This document shows, one piece after another, positions 11,507 to 22,800 of a stretch of DNA of 64,000 nt. Within the stretch, counting starts at the first letter, position 1, and every line of letters starts with the position of its first letter. Made by a program: the position numbers and the translations under genes. This DNA is from Diadema antillarum (Eukaryota): contig NW_027271017.1 of NCBI RefSeq assembly GCF_040938485.1, positions 186,001 to 250,000 on the forward strand. The letters run 5' to 3'. Under the pieces are notes generated by a model. It had not been told where the DNA came from. It saw nothing but the letters and a program-made list of their open reading frames with translations, and did no database searches.

Positions 11507-14500
11507 ATGGCACAGGCAGACGAAGAGGTACCGCCCGTGATCATCGACGTCGGGTCTCTCACTTGTCGGGTAGGGCTGAAGGGTGATGAGGATCCGCGAA
11601 CTGTCTTCCCGTCGGTCGTAGGTCATCTCCGAAGAGAGGTAAGGGGAGTCTGAAACTGATGACTTCAACTACATCATGTGCATACTCCATCCCCCGATTC
11701 TTAGGATCAAGTTATTTATGTTCGAGTAGTATAGCCATAGAAAACGCGATAGGGTCATCCCACAAGACCCTCACCCATGAGTCATATACAGCCCACAAGT
11801 CCAACAGCCCACGATTTCGACACTAGCCAAATAAAACCCATGAGACCGACGCTAGTTAAAACAGCCCAGGGGGTGTTTCATAAAGCTGTTCGTAAAGTAA
11901 TACGAACGACTTACGAACGACTGGTGATCGGTTCTTGTTCTGAATTATTGAAATTCTGATAAGTAGGTCTATAGCACTTCAGAACTGATCACCAGTCGCT
12001 CGTAAGTTGTTCGTAACTTTACGAACAGCTTTATGAAACAGGGCCCAGGAGTTCCACAGATACACGGGGTTTAATGTCTCAGTCTCTTGGGCCTTGTTTG
12101 CTTAGTGTCGAACTCATAGGCTATATGAATAGCGAGCTGTATAACTCGTAGGCTATATGACTCGTGGGTGTCGGTCTAGTGACGTGCACCCAATGCGACT
12201 ACCACCACGGCCGTAAGGGAGATTTCACAAAACATTATGCTGATTCGGTAAACCCAGAAATCTGTGGAACACTCAGTGAAGTTTTGAAGATAGTCATGCA
12301 ATCTATTCTAAGGCTATGAATGGATATACCTTTGTTTAATCCTCCTCGATTCCACAAGAATTAGAATATATTAAGCGATTGTTAACATGATATATACACA
12401 TAAAATAAAGAAAAGAAGACCACTCAACATGCTCAAACTAGGTCTTTCAGAACACAATAGTTGAGATTCGGAATTGTTTTCATCGTTAAGAGTATCGTTC
12501 TACCAATTTGACATCACGAAGCTTGTTTGGAAGGTTTCAAACCATGGACAGAGTGCACGTTAAACTTTGAACTTTTTTCTTTCGACCCCGGCCTTTCGGA
12601 GTGTGAGAAATATTCAACATGCACCAGAAAAATTTTTTTAAAAGTCTGCGAAATTGATATCTTAATGATAATATCAATAATAAATTGATACCTTTCGCTA
12701 TAACGAATTACCCTTAAACTGCCACGCAGTATTTTACAAATCTTTCTGCATTCAGTAAATCTACAGATGTGCTTTGGGAAACTTCCTATTTAAGATTCAA
12801 TCAATTCGATTGTAAGTTCTGAATTCATCTAAATCCTGAATGAAATGTACATTGCCCTTGATCATGTTTATAACTGCTCCAATTATCAGGATATGTTACT
12901 CAACTTTGATGTTAAATGATAAATGTGCAAAAAGTTTTGTGTTTATCATTTTTGTTATGTCTTTAATATTGCAAGATTCTCAAAATTCATCGAACTTGCA
13001 TTGTGTCTTCTAGATTGTAACCTAAAGCGTGGTAGGCAAGAGTTCTTATGTTGGAGAAGAGGCTCTGAGCAAGAGAGGTATCTTAAACCTCGTTTGGCCT
13101 GTCGAAGACGGGATCGTCACAAACTGGGACGACATGGAGAAGATCTTTCATCACATTTTCGACAACGAGCTCAACGTCGACGCCAAGAACCATCCCGTCC
13201 TCCTCACCGAGTCCCCGAGTAACCCGAAGGCCAACAGAGAGAAGGCCATACAGGTATCACGGCTAAAATATTTTGTTCTTCTGCGTCTTGCAGTTACAAA
13301 GTCTGGTGTACAAAGACAATAGTTGATTATTATGTAGTAGGAGCCTATTACATTCTAATATTTTAAACCGATTTTAAAATTCGGAATAGGGTCAAACCTG
13401 CCTTACCGGCCACCTATATACACCTGTCGTATACGGCCATTAAAAAAATATAAATGAATAGATAAAAATAGACCCCCCCCCCCCCCAAAGAAAAAAAAAT
13501 CCTCCGAATGAAAAGCCATGTTATAGACCCTGTCTCTATAGCTGATCTCGCGCTCATTTTTTCTCCTTTTTCTCACAAAAGAACAGCCATCGGATGAAAA
13601 GAGTGGGTAGCGGCGAAAATTGAATAAACTCAAACTCAAACTTGGGTCTGGAAAAATTGATTGACATGGGTTAGCTCTCAGAGTGTATCACTCCCGTCTT
13701 GTCCTTCGTTCTTGCCCTCAGTGCTTGTTCGACACGTTCGGCGTCCCTTCCGTCTTCATAGTCAGCCAGCCAGTCGCCTCAATGTTCGCTGCCGGGCGAA
13801 CGACGGGTGTCGTATTGGACGTCGGGGCAAGAGTTGGTCACGTGGTACCGATTTACGAAGGCCACTGCCTACGTCATGCCATCCGTCAAGTAGCATCAGC
13901 TGGCTCCCATCATTCGGAATACTTGCTGGGACTGCTTAAGGATCGTGGATATAACAGCGAGACATTAGGTACTGGTTTACGCCTTTACGTTCTTTATTGC
14001 CTCTGACGAATCAAAGGGCAGATTATTCATAATGGTGCAAGGCTCGACAATATCGGTAGACCATTCGCCCGGGGCACTAAAACTTGGTGTCAGTGTTAGG
14101 ACAATATCAGAAGATGGTTACATTATTGATGCGTTTAAATATGTAGACACTCAAAGGGCGATATTGAAAATACTAGGAATAGACAGAAAATTTCAGAACA
14201 AAACGCTCTCACTTGATAACTCGTATAATTCTATAATGATATATTACTTATTATTATATCATATGATATATTACATTGGATAACGTCAGCAACTTGCTTT
14301 TAAATAGATTTCATTGAAATATCTATTCCTTCCTTCCACTGCATACTTCACCGATCAGTGTGGTAAGATTCTAACTGATAATAAAGTAATCTACCAGTTA
14401 TCACATTCAATGTAAATTATTTTAAAATTATTGAAAATTTATGTATTACCGACATATACCAATTTGGAATACGCAGTTAGAGTCAGTATATTGTGCACTG

Positions 14501-15069
14501 TTTGTATGTACAAAATGTAAATCTTTAATATCTTTACTTTTGGTAATTATTTCCTTTGGTGGTATGAAGACATGAAGACGGTGGACGACATCAAGGAAAA
14601 ACTTTGCGGCGTTGCTCGCGACTTCGATCGCGAGACAGCGAACCCTCGGACGATCACAGAAACTTTTCAGCTGCCTGACGGCCACTCCATCACCATCGAC
14701 AAGGAAAGGCTTCTCGTTCCCGAAGTTTTCTTCAAACCCACGCTCCTGGGCAAAGACTCTCCCGGCATCCACCGGGTCATCTACGACGCCGTGATGGACT
14801 GCGACGCCGAGCTCCGCAAGAAACTTCTGGCCGGTGTCATACTCGCTGGAGGTGCGACCATGTATCGTGGGCTCCAAGAACGGCTGCAAGACGAGCTCGG
14901 CACCGTGGTGCAACCACCGGCTCGAGTGAAAGTCATTCACCCCAAGAAGCATTCTGCTTGGATGGGTGGGTCCGTCTTGGCTGCGTTTGCACCCATCAAA
15001 CAGCAGTGGATTAGCAAGAAAGAGTATGAGTGCCACGGTCCCAGTATCGTTCACAAGAAGTGTTTCTAA
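11507..15069 (+). pseudogene. Divergent actin-like locus 2 with one in-frame stop (possible pseudogene or null allele)
   Basis: Exons 11507-11638, 13014-13253, 13722-13968 and 14570-15069, ending ...IVHKKCF*. The best exon-2 acceptor (TTGTGTCTTCTAG) gives the expected 80 codons but reads ATT GTA ACC TAA (13023-13025). The exon-4 acceptor is a weak AAG. Confidence 0.8.
11770..12170. mobile_element. Nested foldback elements: PIF/Harbinger-like MITE (11870-12045) inside an older imperfect inverted repeat, intron 1 of locus 2
   Basis: Inner TIRs GGGGTGTTTCATAAAGCTGTTCGTAAAG / CTTTACGAACAGCTTTATGAAACAGGGCC with a possible CAG 3-bp TSD. Outer arms CCCATGAGTCATATACAGCCC.../...GGCTATATGACTCGTGGG. 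Confidence 0.6.
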
Positions 15070-17248
15070 ACTTTTTGCTACTCACCATACTGTATCCCCT
15101 CTCATATCAAATGTTGCCAGAGTAACCTGAAGACAATAACCATCTCCTACACTTCAACATACAAGAATGCTTACATTAAAATCGTCTCATGTAATGTTGC
15201 TGTATATCACAAGCCTTCGTGTGTACAAAGCGATAGAAAACAAACAGTGCGGCTCTTGTTAAAATTCGTCTCTCTTAGATATTGATATAATTATAACATA
15301 ATGTTCATTTGTAAGAAATACATAACTGACTATTTTTAAGATGTCTGTCGTCTCTATGTTAGTTACGATTTTGCTCGTAATTCCAATATTCAGTACTTTT
15401 TATGCATATGTATGTACTATATTCCGTTCTTCTACCCTCTTTCTAACCGGCCTCTATATTAGATTTCTAACTGTATGATATGTCAGAAACATGCTTGTTA
15501 CTTGATCCCATTTACATTATTACTTAAGATCAGGATCGTTTTGTAAACTGTAATTCTATACTCATAGAACGTGTAGAAGGAATGACTTCATTTTCTTTCT
15601 TTTCCAATAATGATAAAAATAATGAAATGGATTCTAGATATTCATTTTATTTTGCATTGCACTGATTTTTGTGATTGTGTCGGGTAAAATTGCGATATCG
15701 GAAATTAATTTTAATTTGATTTGAATTGACTTTCGAAGCAAGTAACTTGTTTCTTGATGAGAGTTTGTTGTCTCAATGTATCCTCACCTTCCTCGTACTC
15801 TTACCACATGCTTAATTAATCTCTGCTGCTCAAGTACATGATGCTGTCAAGTTACAACATGCAAAATGTGATATCTCCCGACCTGTTTAGGGTTGTGTTT
15901 GACAGAGCAAGGTTTGTTTGTAGATTATACAAATTAAATAAATCAACGATTTATTTGTTCTTGTATTTAAGACAATAAGATGTTTTCACTCATTTTTACC
16001 TCGCATTGTTCTAAATCTGCCCGTGGAATCGGTATTTCTTTAGCCTCATTTTTTCGAACTATTCAGTAGGAAAGAAGACAATGGCTTTTCGTATTTACAG
16101 CTCAAATTTGACGAAGCTACTTTATTTTCAAGAAGTGTTATTTTCATTTGATTAGAATAACCGATCTTGATAATTGAAACTCATTAGTGGTCGACATTAA
16201 AAAAAAGTAACCGTACTCGGCTTAAAGTGCAATTCCATTGCATGTTCAAGATGACTTCGATTAAAACAAAATGGAATGTAATTAAACAACCTAAATGCAT
16301 GAAATGGAATAATGTGTACAAGAATCGGACATAAAAGACAAAATAGGCTTCAACAGTGGTATCGATTGTACAACCATGGCACACTCTGTATGGACAAGTA
16401 ACAGAATAGTTGATGATGTCACAACCTGTATCCAGGTTTATACACAATGACATTTTCCTATCATCTCCTCTTTTCTGCAACTCTTGAATGTAGTCCTAAT
16501 CCGTTTGTGATTGTAAGCCTCAACTATACGAGAATACAGAGGTGTATGAAATGTAACACACTAAACTGTTGACATGACCATAGAATCTTGTATATGTATG
16601 TCAATGTATCTTGTAGCTTTTATATCTCTTTGGGGAGACTCACTGTTTTTGTAATAATGCTCTTGCCTGAAAGTGATAATCCACCCTTATGATATTCAAC
16701 TTTTCTGTATTATGCAAATTGCCATAACGAAAAAGTTGGGAATTTCTCTTTTTGTGTCTCTTTTTCAGTCAGCGTTCAGCAAATTTGGAATTAGACACCA
16801 GAATGTTGATTTTAGTTTTGCCTGTCATTTAATTTAATTTAATTTCATTCATTTCTTGTTTCTGTATGGTACAAATTAACAATAAAAATAAAGTCATCGT
16901 TTATCACGGCTATAATGTTGCATATGAGAAATAAACATGTCATTCATGAGAGAAAACATATGATAAGAAATACAAAGTAGAAAAATCAAATTACCAGCCA
17001 GGAGGGTCCCCAGTAAGCCTTTATGCGTTCAGATTCAAGGACTGGGACAAGTAGTTCAGGAAGAACAACATTTTCTGGTTGAACTGAGAGGCCATGTTGA
17101 AATAAAAGAAACTAAAATCCAATTCAAACGCCCCTTGGGGCTGTTTGATATAATGGAAGTTGTAATAATTATAGCATTACATGACTGTTAACAGTCGGTG
17201 TTAGTGCTAGTATTTCTCTTTGGGCAAAAGGATTCTTAAGATTCTTAA

Positions 17249-17605
17249 AGGGGATGGCTAGTAACCGATCAGTGGGAATCAGTGGGAATGCTGAGGGATG
17301 ATTGTTCCAATCCTTGTGGGATTCATTTAAGAGTACATTATATATCTACTGTTGTGTGAAAATTATTTGCTTCAGAATGGTCTCATATTCAAGTAATGTG
17401 CAGATTAATGCCCCGTCACTGACCAGGGATGCTTACCTGGAAACATTAAACTGCACATTACTCGAATATGAGACCATTCTGAGGCAAATAATTTTCACAC
17501 AAGAATAGATATATAATGTACTCTTAAATGAACCCCACAAGGATTGGAACAATCATCCTCCAGCATTCCCACTGATTCCCACTGATCAGTTACTAGCCAT
17601 CCCCT
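17249..17605. mobile_element. 357-bp palindromic MITE with TTAA target duplication (Kolobok-like)
   Basis: TTAA|AGGGGATGGCTAGTAAC...GTTACTAGCCATCCCCT|TTAA; the arms pair over most of the length. Confidence 0.85.
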
Positions 17606-18339
17606 TTAAGAATCAAGAACTTATAATCAAAAGTGTATTGATATGGGTATATACATATAATTCAAGTTCATGCTGCATTCAACAACAGTTTATTTCAGAA
17701 CACTGTTGGTGAATACAACATGAACTTGGTTTCAATTTTATTTTTGATGATATCATCATACCAACACGTAGACAGCTTACTCAATAATTATTACATATTA
17801 TATATCATTTTCATGTTATCATGAGAATGTAGACATTTCGAATCCGAGAAAATTGCCAGACGATTAAGTGATTTGACTTGAAACCACATACATGCCTGTA
17901 AAAATATATATAAAGAAAGACATAAACATGGTATTTTCCTGCACATATCTTAACTCCACACCCGATTTTCTCATATCTGAGCTTACCTGGTGGACTACTT
18001 TCTTGCTGGTCTGGGTTACGTTTGTCGAAAATAAAATGGTACAATCAAATCGTGCAAGGGGAATATCTGAACTAATATTTGGGGATTTTACCAAGCTTTC
18101 AGATCACATTGTATGTAGGGCCTCATATGTCTAATTTGCATATTTCGGTATAGTCCACGGAGTTCACAGGACATTAAGGGAAACTCGATCAACCAAGTCG
18201 TGTGTTTTTTTTTTCATGCACAAAATAAACTGCGGGCTACGAATTGTCCGTGTGTCAGTGTGCGTATAATATCCAAGTTTGTGTGCGCATGATATCCAAG
18301 TTTGTGTGTATACAAAAATTAATGATGTCTGTGTGTGCT

Positions 18340-18830
18340 TTGACGGACGTGTAATACAGTGAACTCGTATAGCACGCTTCAGTTACAAATATATTGTACA
18401 CTGTAATATTCCTCTCCGTGAAATATTATGAACATTTTTTATGGTGGGTATTCAGCTTCGCTGCCTTGTGTGTTGTGTTCAATCGACAATCCACTTTGTG
18501 AAATGGGGCATGCCGGTGAGCAGGCGTGAGAGAATTGCTGCAAACTACGAATAGAACAGTGTACATGCCACTATGATAGTGGAGTGAGAACCGACGCGGA
18601 GGAAGTCAGCCGGCCGCCGGAACAGCCTCGGCATGGTGTGATGCGAGGTCCCGTCTCATCCAGCGAGGTTAATTGCAATCACATTACGTAGGTATACAAA
18701 TAATACTTCATCGTGATATGTGATTAACAGTAGCTGAATAGGGATCATTAAAGGGGGGGGGGGGGGGATGACGGGGATATAGATTGTGGGGGAACTTGTA
18801 CGTAGGCTATATGGAACCGCGTGAGGTATA
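18340..18830 (+). promoter_or_regulatory. Conserved upstream module / putative promoter and 5' non-coding exon of locus 3
   Basis: Collinear patchy similarity to 33055-33515 upstream of locus 4 (GGACGTGTAATA, GCTTCGCTG, GGCATGG..ATGCGAGGTCCCG, ACTTCATCGT, AGATTGTGGG, donor-like GTGAG at 18821). Function is inferred. Confidence 0.5.
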
Positions 18831-18926
18831 TCCGTCAGCAAACAAACAATGCAGATATAGATTTGATAGGACTATAAGTGTCTAAGTAGGCCTACATTAT
18901 AAAGGTTGGGTAAGTAGAGTAGCAGA

Positions 18927-19090
18927 NNNNNNNNNNNNNNNNNNNNNNNNNNNNNNNNNNNNNNNNNNNNNNNNNNNNNNNNNNNNNNNNNNNNNNNNNN
19001 NNNNNNNNNNNNNNNNNNNNNNNNNNNNNNNNNNNNNNNNNNNNNNNNNNNNNNNNNNNNNNNNNNNNNNNNNNNNNNNNNNNNNNNNNN
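18927..19090. other. Assembly gap (N run)
   Basis: 164 N. Confidence 1.
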
Positions 19091-19362
19091 GAGTTGAACA
19101 GTCATTAACTGCTACGCTAACCTAATTATTTTGGTAGACACATGTAGATGATAGATACAAATATAGGTGATGTAGCTGATGGTTTATATATTCCTGGGCA
19201 AGCCCGTGGATTCTGCATGCACGAGTATTCAGAGAATGCATGCCCTCATAAATGATATGAAAAAAAAAAAACCGCATAGAATTATAGTCGCAGTATTGAA
19301 AAGTAAGTTAAAAGGCATAACAACAGCGCCGGACATTCATAAAGAATGATAGATATATAGAA

Positions 19363-19405
<43 letters not shown>

Positions 19406-19853
19406 GAGGATAGAGGGAGGGGTATTATCATACAACAGAGAGATATGTTTCAAATCATATTAGTGAGCATTATAATACGTTTTAATGTCAAACTGCGCCT
19501 TTTTACGGTTGATCATAATACCATACAAGATCTGCGTGAAGTGTGTGGATATATAAGCAAACGTGCAAACAGGTAGAAAAGCACCAACCGTTTACTTGAC
19601 AAAGTGCAGTGGGTAAAGGCTATATAAGTCTTACATTCTGTGTGAATAATACTTGTCAGTCTTGGGACCCGTTCGACCTAAATACGAAATGACGACTGAA
19701 TGAGCACCACTTTCTTTTAACAAATTGAAGGTTAATACTCTGAGGAATTGTAGAATTGATCACCTCCGGAATTGAGATCAATTTCATCAAATGTAATAAC
19801 GTAATAGACAATCATTCTTACATGTATGGTGTAGAAATATTGTAGAAATATTT

Positions 19854-22800
19854 TGTTATGTACGCGTTAATACTTATGTATGAAATAGGAGGAAAGTTGG
19901 AGAACTCAATAACAAGCGTGCACGCCAAGAAGTACCTTTCCGAAGCTGACTTTATTTCGCACTGCGCAGGCGCAGCATACACTGAAGACGTGTCAGTGCG
20001 TGACACGTGACCTGTACTGTTCTTCATATATAACATCTCTCCCCCCTTAGCTGAAAACTCATTTATGATAAACTTCCAAATAAACCAAAAAACAAAATAT
20101 TTCTTCTCAAACCACAAAATTATAATTTTTTCATTTGAAGTAATGTCGCCAAATATTTGCATAATTGTAACTCTTTTATTTTCTTCATCTTTGTTTTCAT
20201 ACATTAATATATTTTTTTAATAACCCAAATGACTTAAGATAATCACTAAGCACCAAGTCCGGAAATCAAAGTCCTTAATCCTGGTCAGTTCGAGTCCGTT
20301 CATTAAAATCCGTAGTAATCTGGCTTCCGTCTTTCGCGTTTGGGATACGTCTTGCGCGTCGCTTCGACTACTACTTCGTTGTCGGTTCCTTTACGCGTCT
20401 CGACAGCAACATCGTCGTTGTGATCGTGCTCGCCGTCAACTGGATGATCGTTTACCGCGTTTTCATCATGGTTGTCGACTGCATTTTCACCACGACTGTT
20501 GACTGCATTGTCGCTCTCTGCTTTGTCATCGCGAGACGCGACACTCGCGTCCATCTCGACTGCTCTGTCATTGTCTTCTTTCACGGAGTGCGTCATTCTC
20601 GCTTTCAACTGATCGATATGTCGTTTCCAGCGAAACTTCTGACCCCTGAAGACGACCTCCACCGTGTATAGCATAGGCCCTGCACGCTCGATGACGACTC
20701 CAGGCACGTATTTGTCTCCCTGCCCGTAGTTTCGCGCGTACACCGGCGCATGAACTTCGAATTCGCGAAGTGGTGGAGAACGGCGACCTTGCATTTGCGA
20801 ATTTCGCTTTCCCTCGACAACTGAATCGACATCAGGCACCGCTGCCGAGAGTCGTGTTCGCAGTTGTCGCTTCATGAGCAGCTCCGCTGGCGTCTGCATC
20901 GTCGTTGAGTGCGGAGTTGTTCTGTAGCTGAGAAGGAACCGTGACAATTTCACGTGAAGAGGTCCGCTCATTTTTTTCAATGCCGCCTTCACAGTTTGGA
21001 CCGCGCGCTCCGCTAGCCCGTTTGTAGCGGGATGATATGGCGCTCCTCGGATGTGCTTTACGGCATTCTTGCTCATGAATGTCGCAAACTCCTCGCTCGC
21101 AAAACACGGTCCGTTGTCGCTGACGAGCGTGTGTGGCAGACCGTGAGCGGCGAAGATTTCTCTCAGCTTGTCTATAGTCGCTTCACTGGTAGACTTCTTT
21201 GTGATCGCGACTTCCATCCACTTTGTATGGGAATCAATGACGACAAGGAGCATTTTGCCGTCGATGGGACCGGCGTAGTCGACGTGAACGCGTGACCAAG
21301 GTTGTGACGGTCGTTCCCAGGGACACCGTGGCGCTTTTGCTGGATCGCGTTGGTGTATCTGGCACTGAGCACACGATTTCACTCGCTCCTCCAACTCCTT
21401 GTCGATTTGTGGCCACCATACGTAACTGCGAGCTCTTCCTTTCATAGCCACAATTCCTGGGTGCGCAGCATGGATTTCATCTAGCATTTGTGCACGACCC
21501 TGCTGTGGTATCACAACACGAGTTCCACACAATATCACACCATCTTGTACGCTCAATTCATCGCGTCTGTTGACGTATGGCTTCAGCTCATCATCTTTCG
21601 TCAGCATCCGCGTATCTGGCCATCCATGTGTCACAAAATGCCGAACTCGCGACAACGCTCGATCTTTCGATGTGAGGGCGCGTATTCGCGCTGGTGTGAG
21701 TGGCGTCTTCTCCATCGCGTCCATGAGGAGGGCAATGTCACCAGGTACGGGTACGGCTGCGATCGTAGGTGCCAGCGGAAGGCGGCTCAATGCGTCAGCA
21801 TTCGCATTCGCTGCCCCCGCTTTGTGCGTTAGCTGGTAATCGTACGCTGAAAGAGTGATTGCCCAACGCACAACTCGCGGTGATGCCATGTGGGGTATCG
21901 CTTTGTTTTCTCCAAACAAACCTAAGAGAGGCTTGTGGTCAGTGACAATTTCGAATTTCCTTCCGTAGAGATATTGGTGGAATCTTTTGACGCCAAACAC
22001 GATCGCCAGTCCTTCCTTGTCTAGCTGCGAATAACCGCGTTCCGCTTTGCTCAGGGTACGTGATGTGAATCCAATGGGCCTTTCCGATCCGTCAGACATT
22101 TTGTGCGCTAGTACAGCTCCAACGCCGTATGGACTTGCATCACAGCACAAAATCAACTCTAAGCTCGGATCGAAATGAGTGAGAACACTTGCCGATTTGA
22201 GCAATTCTTTTGCCCGTGTGAACGCGTTCACATGTTCGCGTTCCCATTTCCATTTTTCGTCCTTACGAAGGAGACGGTGCAGAGGCTCTAGCGTGGTCGG
22301 AAGGTGAGGCAGGAATTTGCCGTAGTAATTCAGCATTCCCAGAAACGCTCTCAGCTCTTTGATGTTGCTGGGTGGGGGTGCATCGGTGATGGCTTTGACC
22401 TTGTCGGCGGTCGGGCTGAGTCCTTTGGACGTGATCGTGTGTCCCAAATATTGGACTTCATCTGCGAGGAAGACACATTTCTCGTGCTTGAGTCGGAGTC
22501 CTGCTTCCTCGAGAGTGTGAAGAACGCGTTCGAGGTTGGCGAGGTGATCACTGATTGATTCACCTGTGATCAGCAAGTCATCCAGATAAACAGCTACCCC
22601 TGGAATGTCCGCTAGCAAAGTTTCCATTGCTCTCTGGAAGACTGACGGTGCCGTAGAAATACCGAATGGCATTCTGTTGTAATGAAACAATCCCCGATGC
22701 GTGTTTATCGTCACAAATTCGCGAGAGTCTGGATCCAAGACTAGCTGCTGGTACGCATGCGACAGGTCTAATTTCGTGAAGTGCTGTCCCTTGACTAACT

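Noticed and set aside
14446-15054. Long antisense ORFs over actin exons (also 859-1201, 41096-41475, 51394-51654, 52859-53268, 62000-62409)
   Set aside because: These are shadows of GC-rich, codon-biased actin exons. They recur in each paralogue and have no independent motifs.
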